Both the position numbers and the translations under genes were made by a program. From NCBI GenBank assembly GCA_000182565.2, contig KQ257453.1: a DNA stretch of 64,000 nt; one strand, given 5' to 3'. Origin of the DNA: Spizellomyces punctatus DAOM BR117. Its lineage: Eukaryota. Positions 61,306 to 64,000 of this stretch are shown one piece after another (position 1 is the stretch's first letter; each line of letters opens with the position of its first letter). The notes under the pieces are model-generated. The model did not search any database. It was not told the origin of the DNA and saw only the letters and a list, made by a program, of their open reading frames with translations.

Positions 61306-61757
61306 ATGCGAACCATCTTCTCCATCCTCTTGGCTAGCGTATTGATGGGAAGCGTTTGGGTATGTACGTTTGTTTTTCTTTTGTCAAAGTTTCCTTTTTG
61401 ATGTTTTAAAACGACTTTGACATTTTTTAGGGGTTCCCCCAAAATGTCGAGATTGCCGGTCCAGGAACTACAACCACTCACCCGGCTCCAATCGGCGGAG
61501 AAGCTCCCAGCGGTGCACCCATGGTAGCAGGTCCAGGCGGCGGTTCAGGCGGCGGCGACGGCGGTAGTGGTGGAGGAGGTGGAGGCAGTCCTACCGCCCC
61601 TTTCCCATCGTTTGAAGCATTCCCTTCGTTTGCGGTTCCGGCTCCGGCGCCTTCGGGGGCAGGTTTTGATGTTGCTGGGCCTGGTGGTACGTCTGTGCAC
61701 CCGAGTGAGATAGCCACGGCTCATCCGAGTGCTGCTGCGCATCCTACGGCAGCGTAA
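61306..61757 (+). CDS. Small secreted Gly/Pro/Ala-rich protein
   Basis: Signal exon MRTIFSILLASVLMGSVW and intron 61360-61430 splice in frame to the Gly-rich ORF; three (I/V)AGPG repeats. Confidence 0.7.
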
Positions 61758-62024
61758 GAGTTGAGTATGTTTTGTAGGAAGGGTCTATAGTGTTTGGGAT
61801 CATCATGAATGTCTGTCATTATACCATTTCTTGTACTGTAAAGCTGTATCCATGAGTAGTATATGAATATATCATCATTTTTTCGAAAGTCTTTTGCATC
61901 CAAGTCGTTGTCACATTTTGACTGACAAAAGCAAAGTATCCTGCATAATCCCCTCGAAAGCTCATTTATCAAAACAAACGAATTCACGATACAAAATGCC
62001 CCCATCCCCCATCACATCGTCAGC

Positions 62025-64000
62025 CTACACTACCGGTTTATCATGCGCATGTTTATCCACAAACTTTTGCAATCCCTTTGACATGTAGTAAGGTCGTTCC
62101 CTGGAACCATCATTCCGTTGTGAGTCTTCGCAAAACGAAATGAAAATGGTTGTGATGGCCATCGAAAAAGTGGAGAGGAAGGCGGTTGCGGTGATGTAGG
62201 AGAAGATAATGATAAACTATAGTGTGTGTTAGGTTCTTTGTCGAAGAGACAAACGCGACAAGAGGATGCTTACCACGAGGGGAACGGCATAGTTGGCGAA
62301 GACTTCGGTGTCCTTTTCGAGGTAGACCATTAGGCCGAGACCTCCAAGACCTGTGATAAACACAACAGCGAGTTTGCCGATGAAGATGAGGAAATTGCTG
62401 ACTTTGTTGACAATGATGATGCTAAAAGCGGGTACGTGAGCCAGAGCTCAACACACTGTAGAAATATCCACTTGAAACCTACCGAAGTGCATTCGCAGCG
62501 ATAATCTCCAACGCCATCCTTGCGGCCGTACAGAAACTGTATCCATAGACGGCGATCTCAACGTATGCATTCTTTGTCAACATTTTCAACAGCTTTTCAA
62601 TGCACTTGAAGCAGCACTGGAGACAGCACAAACAGTATTGTGCTGCCTTGTTTCCTGTTCCCTTGACCCGTCGTTGCGCCTCAACAATCAGGAGACGTAT
62701 CAACTGAACGATGGCAATGATGAGTGAACCAAACGCCAGCGAACCGAGGTGGTATCGGAGGGTCCGACCGAAGGATTTGAGAACAGGGAGGGAAGGAAGG
62801 GCTTTCTTGTCTCGGGCCCAGTACCAACACGCAATGGCTCCAGCAACTGTGCACTGCCCGATCGCGACAATCCAGTTGTAAACCCACAAGAACCCAAACA
62901 CGAAATACACTTGCAGGTACTGTAACGTCCCCGATGACGAGTAATGCTTCCCAATATTGCTCAATCCTTCATTAATATCTGCTTCTACTGCACCGGCAAT
63001 CACGTCACCCGATGTGGCAAGGAGGGCCATCACGCCGATAAACACAACCATCCAGATAAGGAGCACAAGGTACTTAAAGAACGGGAAGAAAACAATCATG
63101 GGCATGGCTTTCATGGATGTGCTTGCTTCTTTGATGATTCGGACCGCAAGACGAATTCGACGGAGCATGCATAGGATGATGAGGGTAAGGATGAGGGCGA
63201 TACCACCAATCACACAACCTAAAAACAAAAAACCGGGTCAGGAACCCACTAGAATTAACAAAACAAAGCAGGACTTACCCAACGTCAATAACAGCTTCTC
63301 ATTGTAAAGGGCCGCATCCACTTGCCCAAATCCAGTCCCCAAGAACCCTTGATGCAACACCGTAATTCTCAAGTAATTATAAATAAAGTACCCCGCCAGA
63401 CCCCATCCAGCAAGCAACACCAGCGAAATCGTGAACCAAACAAGGAACCCCGCAAAGAACTGCAGAAGCAACAACCATGTCGCCGACAAGATGAATGCTG
63501 CTCCAACACAGACCGAAATGACCCACCAATTTTCAGCAAGGTCTTGGAAAATCATTGTAGCAACGTCTCGACCATTGAAATCTAATGAGAGTGTTTTCCC
63601 CCAATTTGGCGACGCCGTCGACTGGAAGGTTTGATTGTAGTATGTTGCATTCGCAGCCGCTCGAATGTCCGCCAACAAAATCGTGGGTATACACCGATGC
63701 AAAACGGCTTCAGATTGAAGCGTAAGGGTACATGTTCCATTTCCAACCTGCCACATCCGACCTTGGACGTCGGATGCAGGTGAAATGTCATATGGACACA
63801 CAATATAATTGTAGTCAGCCGTGTGCTGAGGACACTCGTAGACACACCTCTTGTACGTGTTGTTCACGTCAAGGTCAAAATAGTAGAGATACGTTTCGTT
63901 ACGAAGATCACGGGCGGAATCAGTACCATTGATGGATCCACAGAGGTTACCCTCTGAATCCCGACCATATAAGAGACGATTGACGTTTCCGTACCGAATT
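62025..64000 (-). CDS. Choline transporter-like (CTL/SLC44) protein, 5' end outside the window
   Basis: YGRDSEGNLCG, RYHLGSLAFGSLII, CCLQCCFKCIEK, NAYVEIAVYGYSFCTAA and FCEDSQRNDGSRERPYYMS. Confidence 0.93.

Overview
Intron-rich eukaryotic DNA from an early-diverging, flagellated fungus. The gene set (CEP70-like, PDE9-like, p22phox-like, CNOT10-like, full-length DmX/Rav1) points to a chytrid. The first 630 bp match my recollection of the Spizellomyces punctatus Fanzor (SpuFz1) element, so S. punctatus or a close relative is likely. Highlight: the left end of a Fanzor1 (eukaryotic TnpB-like RNA-guided nuclease) transposon on the minus strand. It shows a 30-bp terminal repeat beside a CATA target motif, a putative promoter and the first ~35 codons of Fanzor. 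The ORF then breaks at a perfect 50-bp palindrome followed by direct repeats. The rest holds about 25 protein genes: DNA polymerase alpha (spanning an N gap), Bax-inhibitor family, ankyrin, methyltransferases, PDE, RAVE/Rabconnectin-3, USP, Egh16-like, bacterial-type MscS and a CTL/SLC44 transporter. There are also three tRNAs, a U6 snRNA with an unusual 3' hairpin, an ORF-less structured transcription unit divergent from U6, and a plant-type defensin-like gene. All family assignments come from remembered motifs, not database searches.
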